From Octopus sinensis (lineage: Eukaryota), in the NCBI RefSeq assembly GCF_006345805.1, contig NC_043000.1:148552001-148616000 (forward strand): a stretch of DNA of 64,000 nt, in the 5' to 3' direction. This document shows positions 40,010 to 50,833 of this stretch, piece by piece (within the stretch, counting starts at the first letter, position 1; every line of letters starts with the position of its first letter). Position numbers and translations under genes: made by a program. The notes under the pieces were generated by a model, which was not told where the DNA came from, did not search any database, and saw nothing but the letters and a program-made list of their open reading frames with translations.

Positions 40010-40240
40010 TATTGCCTTTGGACAGCTTCTAACGCTAGAGATGTATTACAATGTCATCTGTTCACTACCAGTGCACTAAGGTAACACCTCTTATTTTTCG
40101 AGCACCTTCCGGAGTATTCGAGCGGTTCCAAGCAGTGCTGTTTTCTGCAAGTGCTCCATCCTTATTGCAGCTCCTATTTGTTCCACGTACTTCTCGAGAT
40201 TTTTGCTCACTGTTCCCAGGGCTCCGACAGTTATTGTGAT
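40010..40240 (-). mobile_element. R4/Dong-type retrotransposon 3' end with a (TAA)n tail
   Basis: ITVGALGTVSKNLEKYVEQIGAAIRMEHLQKTALLGTARILRKVLEK*, then ~90-nt UTR and (AAT)n. Confidence 0.85.
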
Positions 40241-40539
40241 TTGATCAAAAGCATGCCAGGAATAACACTCATCTAATGTGTCTTTTCCTTGTTAGGATAG
40301 TAGATCGTAATTTGAAGGAGATATAACTGCGATTTCTAGCAGGTCACGCGACATTATAGTGGCCACATAGGGTTTGAAGCAAAGTTATCAGCCATTTTAG
40401 AATCATATGTATTAATATGTATGTTATAATTTATACGAATATCTCTGTGTGTAGACATGAATATTAGTGCACGCGCGTGTAAATTGTGATTATATTTTAT
40501 CGATAACTGAATGAGGGGCTGAGTATGTCTGTATGCATT

Positions 40540-40753
40540 TCTCTTTCTCTTTTCTCTTTTCTCTTTTACCTGTTTCAGTTATTTGACTGCGGCCATGCTG
40601 GAGCACCGCCTTTAGTCGATCAAATCGACCCCGGGACTTATTCTTTGTAAGCCCAGTACTTATTCTATCGGTCTCTTTTGCCGAACCGCTAAGTGACGGG
40701 GACGTAAACACACCAGCATCGGTTGTCAAGCAATGCTAGGGGGACAAACACAG

Positions 40754-40819
<66 letters not shown>

Positions 40820-40823
40820 ATAC

Positions 40824-40906
<83 letters not shown>

Positions 40907-40920
40907 ATATTATATATATA

Positions 40921-41009
<89 letters not shown>

Positions 41010-41210
41010 ATATATATAATATATATATATATATATACACATATATACGACAGGCTTCTTTCAGTTTCCGTCTACCAAATCCACTCACAAGGCATTGGTC
41101 GGCCCGGGGCTATAGCAGAAGACACTTGCCCAAGATGCCACGCAGTGGGACTGAACCCGGAACCATGTGGTTGGTAAGCAAGCTACTTACCACACAGCCA
41201 CTCCTGCGCC
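40540..41210 (-). mobile_element. SINE family C with the internal microsatellite expanded to ~300 bp
   Basis: Both halves are intact and colinear, separated by (CA)n(TA)n at ~40742-41046. Confidence 0.9.
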
Positions 41211-42109
41211 TATGTCTATATTTTCTCCCGCTTTTCCAGTATGTCCTTTTGCCGTCCTCCTGTGCCTCCTGTGCCACGTTTTTATCATATATATATATAT
41301 AGATCTGTATTTGTGTGGTTTAAGGCATGTGGTTTATTTTCTTTTCTTGTTATTGCTCTGCGCTGACTGATATTCCAGTTCCACGGCAAGAGAGCTATTT
41401 GATGAGAAACGCTGATAACGTTGAGGTCCTGTTAACGTATTCATTGCTGTCACCTATCAGACAGATTAAATGTAACATATAAAAGAAATGTGAATGCCGA
41501 GAGTTGTCAGAAACATGTTGTGCCACGGAAAAGAAAAGCCTATAATAAGAACAGCACAAGTTAATTGAACACGGAAACGTTCTGTTTCCGTCAGGTATGA
41601 GTAGAGCTAAAATCAGGTTTTAGACCCTTCGACAGTTCCATTCATTACTTGAGCAGACTCTGCTGAATGTCCTTATTCTAAAACGTCGGGTTTTTTTCTG
41701 CTCCTCTCAATTACTGACTTTACTAACACTGAATAAACCCATAGATTTATTACCGTTGATTCTGACTCTTACTAGCTTCTCAGGAATCTGTGTTTTTCCT
41801 TTAGAAATAAATCAAGTAGTGACTGCCTCATTGGCTCGTAGTTGAAATAAAGAAAGGAATGGGACCTTGCTATACAAGCGAATGCTATTTGTAATGATTT
41901 ATTTGCTGCAATAAATTCAAATACTACTGACCTTGCATTGGAAGTATCCACTTTTCTTGCGTGTTGACATAAAACAGTAAGCAAAAAGCGAGTTCCTAAT
42001 ATTCTCCATAAAACAAGCATTCAATTGAAGGAAATCATACCAGACGTCGAGCTGTGACCAATATACGACATAGTGATAGTTTTTCTAGTTATAAGAACCT
42101 AGATTTGGT

Positions 42110-42335
42110 GTCTTAATGTGCTTAGTTAAGCTACAAGACAATAAACCCTTGGGAGAGTCACTACTCTCAACTAAATCTTACTTAAATTACGTTCTACCGT
42201 CCTAAAGAAAGGAAACACACACTTTCTATATGCTGTAGTCTCTGATATACAAAAGACAGAATGGTCATAGCTATAACTCTTTTTGATCATAGGTTCGCTC
42301 GTTCACGAATGACCTGAAGCTAAACAACAACAGCA
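42110..42335 (+). mobile_element. SINE-like repeat family D
   Basis: ...GAATGGTCATAGCT...TTTGATCATAGGT...GACCTGAAGCTAAACAACAAC. Confidence 0.55.
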
Positions 42336-44510
42336 AGTGAGACTGTAAATGAATCATGTCGTTGAAATTTTATCAGTTTTAGAGAAAATACTATTTTATA
42401 GGAAACGAAAATATCATACTGTTTTCGATGGATGAAATATTTGACACAGCTTGATTCTGGTGAGACATGGGTGGGAAGTAGGAGATTATGAAATATTCCG
42501 AAAGATAACTTAGCAGATGTTTCTGTGAAGCTTAAAGATAACATAGCCCCAATGATTTCTTTTTTTTTTTGCTTTAAAGATTATTTGAAATAAACTGCAG
42601 CTGCATGTTTTAGCAGTTGCATTAGTATTGTAGGGTTTATGAAAATACGTTTATTTCAAGGATGCTTTCCTTCAAAATAAAACAAGAAAAGATAAGGATT
42701 TTAAAAACCCAATTGAACTAGTTTTCATTATACTGCTAGTTTTAAATATAATTAAGATAATAATGACCTTCCCAAATACTTCTAATCAGTTTAATTTGAT
42801 CTAGACGTATGTGATGTGTATAAGACAAAATTTTGTTGGACAGAGTATCGTTGGCCTCGAAGGGACGAATGACAAATTAAATTCTGGAGAGATTTGACTT
42901 GAGATCATAGAGAGATATCGAATGTTTAAGACACTGTAAGACATTTTACATGGTGCTCCATCATTTCTATATGCTCGGCACTATTATATACTTGTAATAT
43001 TTTACCGTCCTTATATTGAGAGATCATTACAGGAAATAATTCGTAATGGTTTAGACAGGAAAAATGATACTGAATGCAGATACATATATTATCAAAAAGT
43101 TATTTATGCCATATGGCTGCCTGATTAGCCTAATATTTAAACTTTAGATTAGAAAATTGGTTTATAGATTGCACTTAATATCAATGGCTATAAAATATGA
43201 AGAAGAAAACAGGCAAGCAAAGAAACTGATTTGTCATTTATTAGAATTAATGAGAGAAGAAAGATAAACAGCTAAACTTTGAGAGCATGTAATCTTCCTA
43301 GATAATCAAATTAAATCACACTGAATCAATTGATTAGATAGTGAGAACTAAGCATTAATTTAAGGATTTGGATCAAATATCAAATAATTGGTAGCAAGAA
43401 AATTTGTATAAAAGTTTGTTGTGTCAAAATTTACAACATTAATTTCTTGTTTGAGAGCAAAAATTTACTCCTGTTGCTCTGAGTAAAGTGAAGTGATTAA
43501 TTCGATAATCAAAACCCCAGGCACGAGCTTATTTCATAATGTTATTTAAAATATATTCTACAATAGAAATAGAATAAATATTTTTTCAGAAAAAGAGAAG
43601 TGAAAGGCAATAAGCTCGAAAGAGCATAAGTGGGGATCTCGAAACTTTGAGAAAAATCGAAATGAAATTCCATTTTTGCAGAATGCAAATGAAAACTTAC
43701 TGCAATTTAGGTTCATATTCCACAGAATTATATTTCAAATAGTTCACTCAAAGAACTCTATGGTCTATAACATTCAGATGCCGTATTGTATAAAGACAAA
43801 AGAAACACTTGTTTTAAAATGGTGGTCGTATAAAATATTTTCAGTATTTTATTACAACAGGAAAATGACAAAGCTATTTTATGGAAACAATATTCTCGAA
43901 GAGCTGGTTAATCATTCTCCAGAACAGAAAGAACTGGAATGCCATTTTTGGTTATATACAAAATATATTATAAATTTACATAGATTATGTGTAAACAGCA
44001 AATTAATATTTCTGTTTAATGGTTCACAGTTTGTTTGTTTTTTATTTTATTATTTGTTGTCTTTCTTTTTTTTTAATCATTCTTCTGGTCACAGGAATAA
44101 ATAAGTTACTACAATAATTGCGAATTGTACTAACATGAGTTCGTATATTGGTATATTTATGCAATAATCGAAGCACTGTTGTGTATTCAATGTTAAAATA
44201 ACTGGAACTTTAGTCCGCACAGCTGTTGTTCTTTAATGTTGCTGCTATTGTTGTTGTTGTTGTTGTTGTTGTTACCCTTATTTTCCGCTATTTACAAATG
44301 TCACTTCCTCAGATGAAATTGTAGAAGATGTAAATCAGATAAGATATGTCGTTTCTTAATTGTAGGATATTGAATTCACATTGTGTGTGTTTGTGTTTGT
44401 GTGCGTGTATGTGAGAGAGAGACAAGGAGAGAGAGACAGGGAGAGAGAGAGAGACTGTGTCTCTGTGTGTGCGCGCATGGGAGTTTCTTTTCATTATTTT
44501 TTTTTTCTTT

Positions 44511-45898
44511 CTATCTGGCGTTTCCTGAAGTTACAGCCTTGTTAAAACCGTTGCTATTAATGTTATTATTGTTGCTTTCGCTGGCATTACTGTTGCTGCT
44601 TTGGCTGTCTTTGACGATAGCGCCGTCGTCCATATTGTCGTTTGTGTAGTTTGGTTTAATTCGGTGGTTCACGAGGAAAATCTGATTGCTGACAGATGAA
44701 TGAAAGAGAGAAGGATACAAACCCTTTTCTGAGTGGCTACGCCCTTTGCTGGAATTCGGTTTCCACGCTGTCTTTGAACTGTTACTTTGGTCAGATTCAC
44801 TCCAGATATCCCTGATCTCATTGGCTTTCAGATTTCTATCCCTCGCTGTGCTTTGTTCTTGTTTTTCCTGTTGATGCTGCTGCCGCTGATGTTCTTCATT
44901 TTCGAGCAATTGTTGTTCTTTTTGCAGTTGTTGTTGTTCTTTTTGCAGTTGTTGTTGTTCTTTTTGCAGTTGTTGTTGTTGTTCTTCTTCTTCTTTTTGT
45001 TGTGGTTGTTGTTGTTGATCTTGGTGTTGTTTGTGTCCTTCGTGTTGCTGAAATTGTGGAACTGATCCGTTTTGATGTTGTTGTTGTTGGTCTTCCTTCT
45101 TTTCTTGCAATTGCTGTAGTTGTTGTCGTTGCTGCAATAGTTGCTGCTGCTGTTTCTGTCTCAGAATGAATAATTTTCTCTGTTGCAGTTGATGCTGCCT
45201 CAGTAGTTTTCTCCTCAATTGCTGCTGTCTCTCCCACAGTTCTGATCTCTTCTTTTCCAACTCTTTCAAAAACTTTCGTCGCTTTTCCTCTCTCGCCAGA
45301 TATTCTTTTAAATATCTACCTCTTGCTTTATTCCCATCGTTTTCATTATTTTCCTTCCCTTCCTCTTCTGCTTTTTCTACATTTTTAACTTTTGCCTTTC
45401 CTATTACTGTTTTTTCTTCCTCTCTAGACCGTTCCAAATTAGAGTTTCCTTTTCGTTGCTGTTGTACCTGATTATTTTCTGTTAAATTCCCCATTTCAGT
45501 ACTTTGATCTGACTTATTACGCATCTGCTTTCTATTCCTCTCAAACTCATCAGTTATTCGGTTTCCCTCCGTACTCGTTAGCAAACTAACACCATCCTGA
45601 TTTCGCTGATGTTCGTCTGTAGTCGATGGAACTAGCTTCTCCGAGCTCTTTTTCGGCGACACAACTCGTGATCTACGACTAGGATCGTTCGGTTTCGTAT
45701 CAATATTGATTCCATCCCGCAAACTACTCTTCCAAGTCGGAGTACAACTGTTGTCTTTTTTCCAGTTACACACGACACCGTCGAATATCAAGCCAAATGG
45801 ACATTTCTGACGAAAACCCCTTCCGTTAGCACACAAGTAAAAATGCTCACAAGACGTTGGGTCGGTATATATCCCAATTGGGGTGGGACACGTAAACC
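44511..45898 (-). CDS. probable terminal coding exon of a chitin-binding type-2 (peritrophin-A/CBM14) domain protein with a long charged/polyQ tail
   Basis: Acceptor TTTTTAAACAG at 45899, phase 1. The frame extends 5' of the tracked ORF to give [51 protein letters not shown] (six Cys with the aromatic residues of ChtBD2). Open for ~460 codons to TAG at 44511; internal repeats are multiples of 3. Upstream exons not found. Confidence 0.85.
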
Positions 45899-45974
45899 CT
45901 GTTTAAAAAGAAATCGAAGATCAGAATTAGTAACAATTTCAAAATTAATGTGAATGTTGGTGTATTATACACTG

Positions 45975-46078
45975 AGTGTGTGTGTGTGTGTTGCATATGT
46001 ATGCGTGTGTGTATGAATCTATATATATATGTATGTACGTATCTATCTATCTCTCCACATATACATACATATATATAT

Positions 46079-46129
<51 letters not shown>

Positions 46130-46223
46130 CATATATACATATATATACATATACATATATATACAATATATATATACATATATATATACATATATATATA
46201 TATAACATATATATATATACATG

Positions 46224-46257
<34 letters not shown>

Positions 46258-46549
46258 CATATATATATACATATACATATATATACATATATACATATAT
46301 ACATATACATATATATATATACATATATATATATACATGTATACATATATATACATATATATACATATATACATATATATATACATATATATATATATAT
46401 TATACATGTGTGTGTGGTTTGTGTGTGTGTTCCTGTTTGTGTATAAGTATATACATAACGCACACTCATGTGTATATATTTGAGTGTATGGATGCGTATG
46501 TTTGTGTGCATGCATACATTTATACACACACGCGCTCACACATCCACAA

Positions 46550-46580
<31 letters not shown>
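45975..46580. repeat. intronic (TG)/(TA)/(CATA)/(CA) microsatellite just upstream of the acceptor
   Basis: Read directly from the sequence. Confidence 0.9.
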
Positions 46581-46581
<1 letters not shown>

Positions 46582-47014
46582 GTATTCCCTATCAAATATA
46601 TTTAAAAAGTCCCTAAATACAAAAAAAAACAAAACGCATCATTTAATTAAAGCAACCAAGTGGTACAGCTAAACCGTAACAACAACAACAAAAAAAACAA
46701 ATAAGTAACAAACCAAGTGACGCAGAATATCACTTTTATATTTGTTTCCTTTAATTCAAAGGTTAATTCCAACAAGACCTAAAATATTCAACTCCCGGTC
46801 TCTTGATGACATTCTACAAAGTACAAGCGCAACCCTCATCAAAGAACCACTGATAAATCATAATCGGCGTTGATGCTACACATTAAACATCCTACGCAGC
46901 ATCCGCCCCCTACAAAGGCCATTAGAGAGCAACAAGGAAGCCCCCCACGTCATTGCACAACTTTCTAGAAATCGCAATCAAATCCTCCCTCAGTGTTAAA
47001 AAAGAATGGAAGAA

Positions 47015-47180
47015 ATAGCGAAGCTAGGCGGCGGTCCCCGAATAAGGCTATGCTTTTATTCGGGCGGTAATTTTGAGTTTTCTGTGTAAGCCTTTATAGG
47101 CTGCGGGGCCAGTACATACCAGTAGAGGGCGGTTAAGTAGAGCGCTGCTCTTGGCGGCACACGCTCTTGCTACGCCACTG
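47015..47180. mobile_element. possible decayed hAT-like MITE
   Basis: Right end GCTACGCCACTG, weak left end ATAGCGAAGCTAGG; internal hairpin CCCGAATAA...TTATTCGGG. Confidence 0.35.
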
Positions 47181-47202
47181 CTGGGGAGGGTACATTAGAT
47201 AA

Positions 47203-47590
47203 TGGTTTCAAATTCTGACACAAGGCCAGCAATTTTAAGGGCATGGAGTGAGTCGTTTACATCGACGTCAGTGTTCAGCTGGTACTTATTTTATCGAAGG
47301 CGGCGAGCTGGCAGAAACGTTAGCACGCTGGGCGAAATGCTTAGCGGTATTTCGTCTGCGTTACGTTGTGAGTTCAAATTCCGCCGAGGTCGACTTTGCC
47401 TTTCATCCTTTCCGGGTCGATAAATTAAGTACCAGTTACGCACTGGGGTCGATGTAATCGACTTAATACCTATGTCTGTCCTTGTTTGTCCCCTCTGTGT
47501 TTAGCCCCTTGTGGGTAATAAAGAAATAGGTACTTATTTTATCGACCCCGAAACAATGAAAGGCAGAATCGACCCCAGCGGAATTAGGCA
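47203..47590. mobile_element. plus-strand long-tail SINE B (47298-47528) nested in an older minus-strand short-tail SINE B
   Basis: 17-bp TSD GGTACTTATTTTATCGA at 47281-47297 and 47529-47545; the host SINE resumes after the insert. Confidence 0.9.
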
Positions 47591-48234
47591 CATTAGATAA
47601 TGTAATTGCAGATATGCCCTTTTGACTATCATTGCTTTTTTTTATTCTTTAGTTGACTTACTACTGCTTTATGTTTCCTCTTTTACCCTTTCAGACGAGT
47701 TCTAGTTGCACACAAGCACCGTTGCAATGAGGTCAGTATTATTATTTCTTTTATTAAACACTCTACCTGAAAAAAAAAAGGTGAAATGGTCCCGGCTATT
47801 TTGCTTTTGATCATAGGCGCATTCTATGCATAGGTAACCTTTTTCGCAAAGGGGGCCGCTTGAGACATGGCTCATCATCAGTCGAGCCACACCACTAAAA
47901 AAACACATTCAAAGTAGTTTTTCGTGTTGGTGTGCCATTCAGAAAGTCCGCGGGCCGCAGTATGCCCATGACTGATCTATTCGATGAGGACTAAGCCTGT
48001 CGAGAGGAAGGGATCATTGTAAAATTGAGGAGTGTTTCAATAAGTGAGAATGCTAAGTTCAGTTCCCTGTGGGTGTTGTCAAAAGAAAAACAGTCGTAGT
48101 GATCTGATTGGTTATTAGAGCTGATCAACTCGAGATGACTAAATATCGCCAAACAATACACGACTTGTCAAACATTCTTGCCTGGCATTCATGCGTCTAA
48201 TACGCCAGGTTACTATTATTTTATAATTTACTTT

Positions 48235-48654
48235 GTGTGGTAAGTAGCTTGCTAATACCAACCACATGGTTCCGGGTTCACTTCCACTGCGTGGCATCTT
48301 GGGAAAGTGTCTTCTACTATAGCCTCGGGCCGACCAATGCCTTGTGAGTGGATTTGGTAGACGGAAACTGAAAGAAGCCTGTTGTATATATGTATATATA
48401 TATATATGTATGTGTGTGTGTTTGTGTGTCTGTGTTTGTTCCCCTAGCATTGCTTGACAACCGATGCTGGTGTGTTTACGTCCCCGTAACTTAGCGGTTC
48501 GGCAAAAGAGACCGATAGAATAAGTGCTGGGCTTACAAAGAATAAGTCCCGGGTCGATTTTCTCGACTAAAGGCGGTGCTCCAGCATGGCCACAGTCAAA
48601 TGACTGAAACAAGTAAAAGAGTAAAAGAGTAAAAGAGTAAAAGAGTAAAAGAGT
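48235..48654 (+). mobile_element. SINE family C with an (AGTAAAAG)x5 tail
   Basis: Homologous to the 25963 copy. Confidence 0.9.
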
Positions 48655-48918
48655 CTACCTACTGTCGAAAAACATATTTAGTCTCTGACTCACCCATGCC
48701 CTCACTCACACGTAGAATGTCTATTTGTTCTTCGTGCTTTTTCTTTCTCGGCCATTCACTTTCTTACGTTCAGTCTCTCCCTGATTATCATACATTATCA
48801 TACATTATATACTAACCATGTAATTCAAATTTTATTTCACCAATCTTTACAACTCATAGTCAACATAATTTACATTATTTACATTTGACGGATATTTGTC
48901 CTCATCTTGTTTGTTGTT

Positions 48919-48964
48919 AACACAACATTTCGGCTGATATACCCTCCAGCCTTCATCAGGTGTC
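48919..48964 (-). ncRNA. minimal type I hammerhead ribozyme motif (Penelope-type), within a ~170-bp repeat
   Basis: GACAC-CTGATGA-A-GGCTG-gagggtatat-CAGCC-GAAA-TGT-T-GTGTT: stem I GACAC/GTGTT (5 bp, one G-U), stem II 5 bp, intact core. Activity not shown. Confidence 0.65.
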
Positions 48965-49144
48965 TTCGAGAAATTTCGAACCTAGGTTCTCATTCCTAAG
49001 GTATTTTTCAATGTTGTTGTTGTTGTTGTTTGTCGACACAAACACACACACACACACACACACACAGATGAGTGTATGTATGTATGTATGTATGTGTATG
49101 TATGTATGTATGTATGTATGTGTGCATGCATGCATGTATGTATA

Positions 49145-49262
49145 CAAGACGAGCTCCCATATAGGTTCCGTCTACCAAATTCACTCACAAGGCACTGGTC
49201 GGCCCAAGGTTATAGTAGGAGACACTTGCCCAAGTTACTGCGCAGCGGGACTGAACTCGAAA
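49145..49262 (-). mobile_element. SINE family C, 5' half
   Basis: Reverse complement of the head and TTGTGAGTGAATTTGGTAGACGGAA. Confidence 0.75.
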
Positions 49263-49825
49263 CTACAAGATTGCAAGCGAAGAAATATTAAAAAAATTTT
49301 CGCGTACACCAGACAGTACATAAATCTCTTAGCTCACATCATTGGCTCATTTCAATTTGTTTCCATCGAGATAGAGGGCAACATTAGCTTTAAATGAGTA
49401 TAAGCAATCGATACATATTTATATAAGCGTTTTCCTACCTGGCCCCTAATTTTTTTTTTTTCCTTTTTCCACCGCTTTCCCTCCTTTTCTTTCTTCTGAT
49501 ATTTCCAAGGAAGGCGTAGCGTCTGAAACGTCCAACCCCATTTCCTTTTCTTTTCAAGTGTCAAACTAGGAAGACGTTTTGTTAAAAGTCTTGATATTTT
49601 TAGTGTTTGTTTTCTCATGTATATCTGTATCTATATTTTGTATATCCAGCCAAACCGGTTTCATTTATTTATTTGCATCATTGTCTCTATATCTGCTCAC
49701 TCTGATTCCTCTTATAGCCAATCTTTACCCCAACGGACTTAGTTCTCGGTAAAGATTTAGGAGTGTAAGTTCAAATTATTTGATCGTTACTAAGTATTTT
49801 CTATATTGAGCATCTCTGGATCTCA

Positions 49826-50015
49826 TCTGTGTTTAGCCCTTTGTGGGTAGTAAAGAAATAGGCATTTCGTGTGTCCTTACATTCTGAGTTGAAGTCGACT
49901 TTGCCTTTCATCCCTTTCGGGGTCGATAAAATAAGTACCAGTTGAGTACTAAAGCTGATGCAATCGATTTACCACCTCCTCCCGAACTTACTGGCCTTGT
50001 GCCAACATTTGACAC
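49826..50015 (+). mobile_element. 35-bp SINE B long-tail stub joined at GGCATTTC to a head-less short-tail SINE B
   Basis: TCTGTGTTTAGCCCTTTGTGGGTAGTAAAGAAATA|GGCATTTCG followed by the core and short tail. Confidence 0.75.
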
Positions 50016-50339
50016 CAATAAGAATATAAAAAGACAAATAGTTGAACGATTATACTTTCATGCGTACTTAACATATCCTTACATGCATGCATACATACAC
50101 ATACATATGTATTTACATGCGTAAAGGTAGTTACATAAATGCATATATATATAGGCATACACTTACAAAACATTATACTAAAACAAATACTTTTAGACGG
50201 TGAAATTAATAATTTACAGTATAAGTATCGAGTTCTTACTACACTAACTGTTCGTTAGCCTGTTATTTCAATTACTAAGATGCACTGGCCTAACATGTAG
50301 TTAGTGAAAGTGGATAGAACAGCGAGAGAGAGAGAGAGC

Positions 50340-50389
<50 letters not shown>

Positions 50390-50580
50390 TTAAGAAAAAT
50401 TGAGTGTACATGTAAAAGACGAAGACAAAGTAGGAGAAAAGGAATGAGTTACAGAGAGAGAGGGGGAAGAGGGAAAGACAGCAGGAGGGATTTCAACTTA
50501 CTAACATGACGATGTGGTTAAAAACATCACTTCACCCTGATTCCGAGTTCGATCCCACAGCGTTGTACTAAATATCTTGA

Positions 50581-50820
<240 letters not shown>

Positions 50821-50833
50821 TATACTCTATATA

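Noticed and set aside
41572-41592. 8-bp hairpin ACGGAAAC-gttct-GTTTCCGT
   Set aside because: Stem length is within chance expectation for this window.
43676-44104. 142-aa plus-strand ORF
   Set aside because: TTG start, AT-rich F/I/K-biased composition, no motif; lies antisense in the likely 3' UTR or flank of the chitin-binding gene.
45847-46632. 261-aa minus-strand ORF upstream of the chitin-binding exon
   Set aside because: Intronic microsatellite read-through that enters the real exon in the wrong frame and stops.
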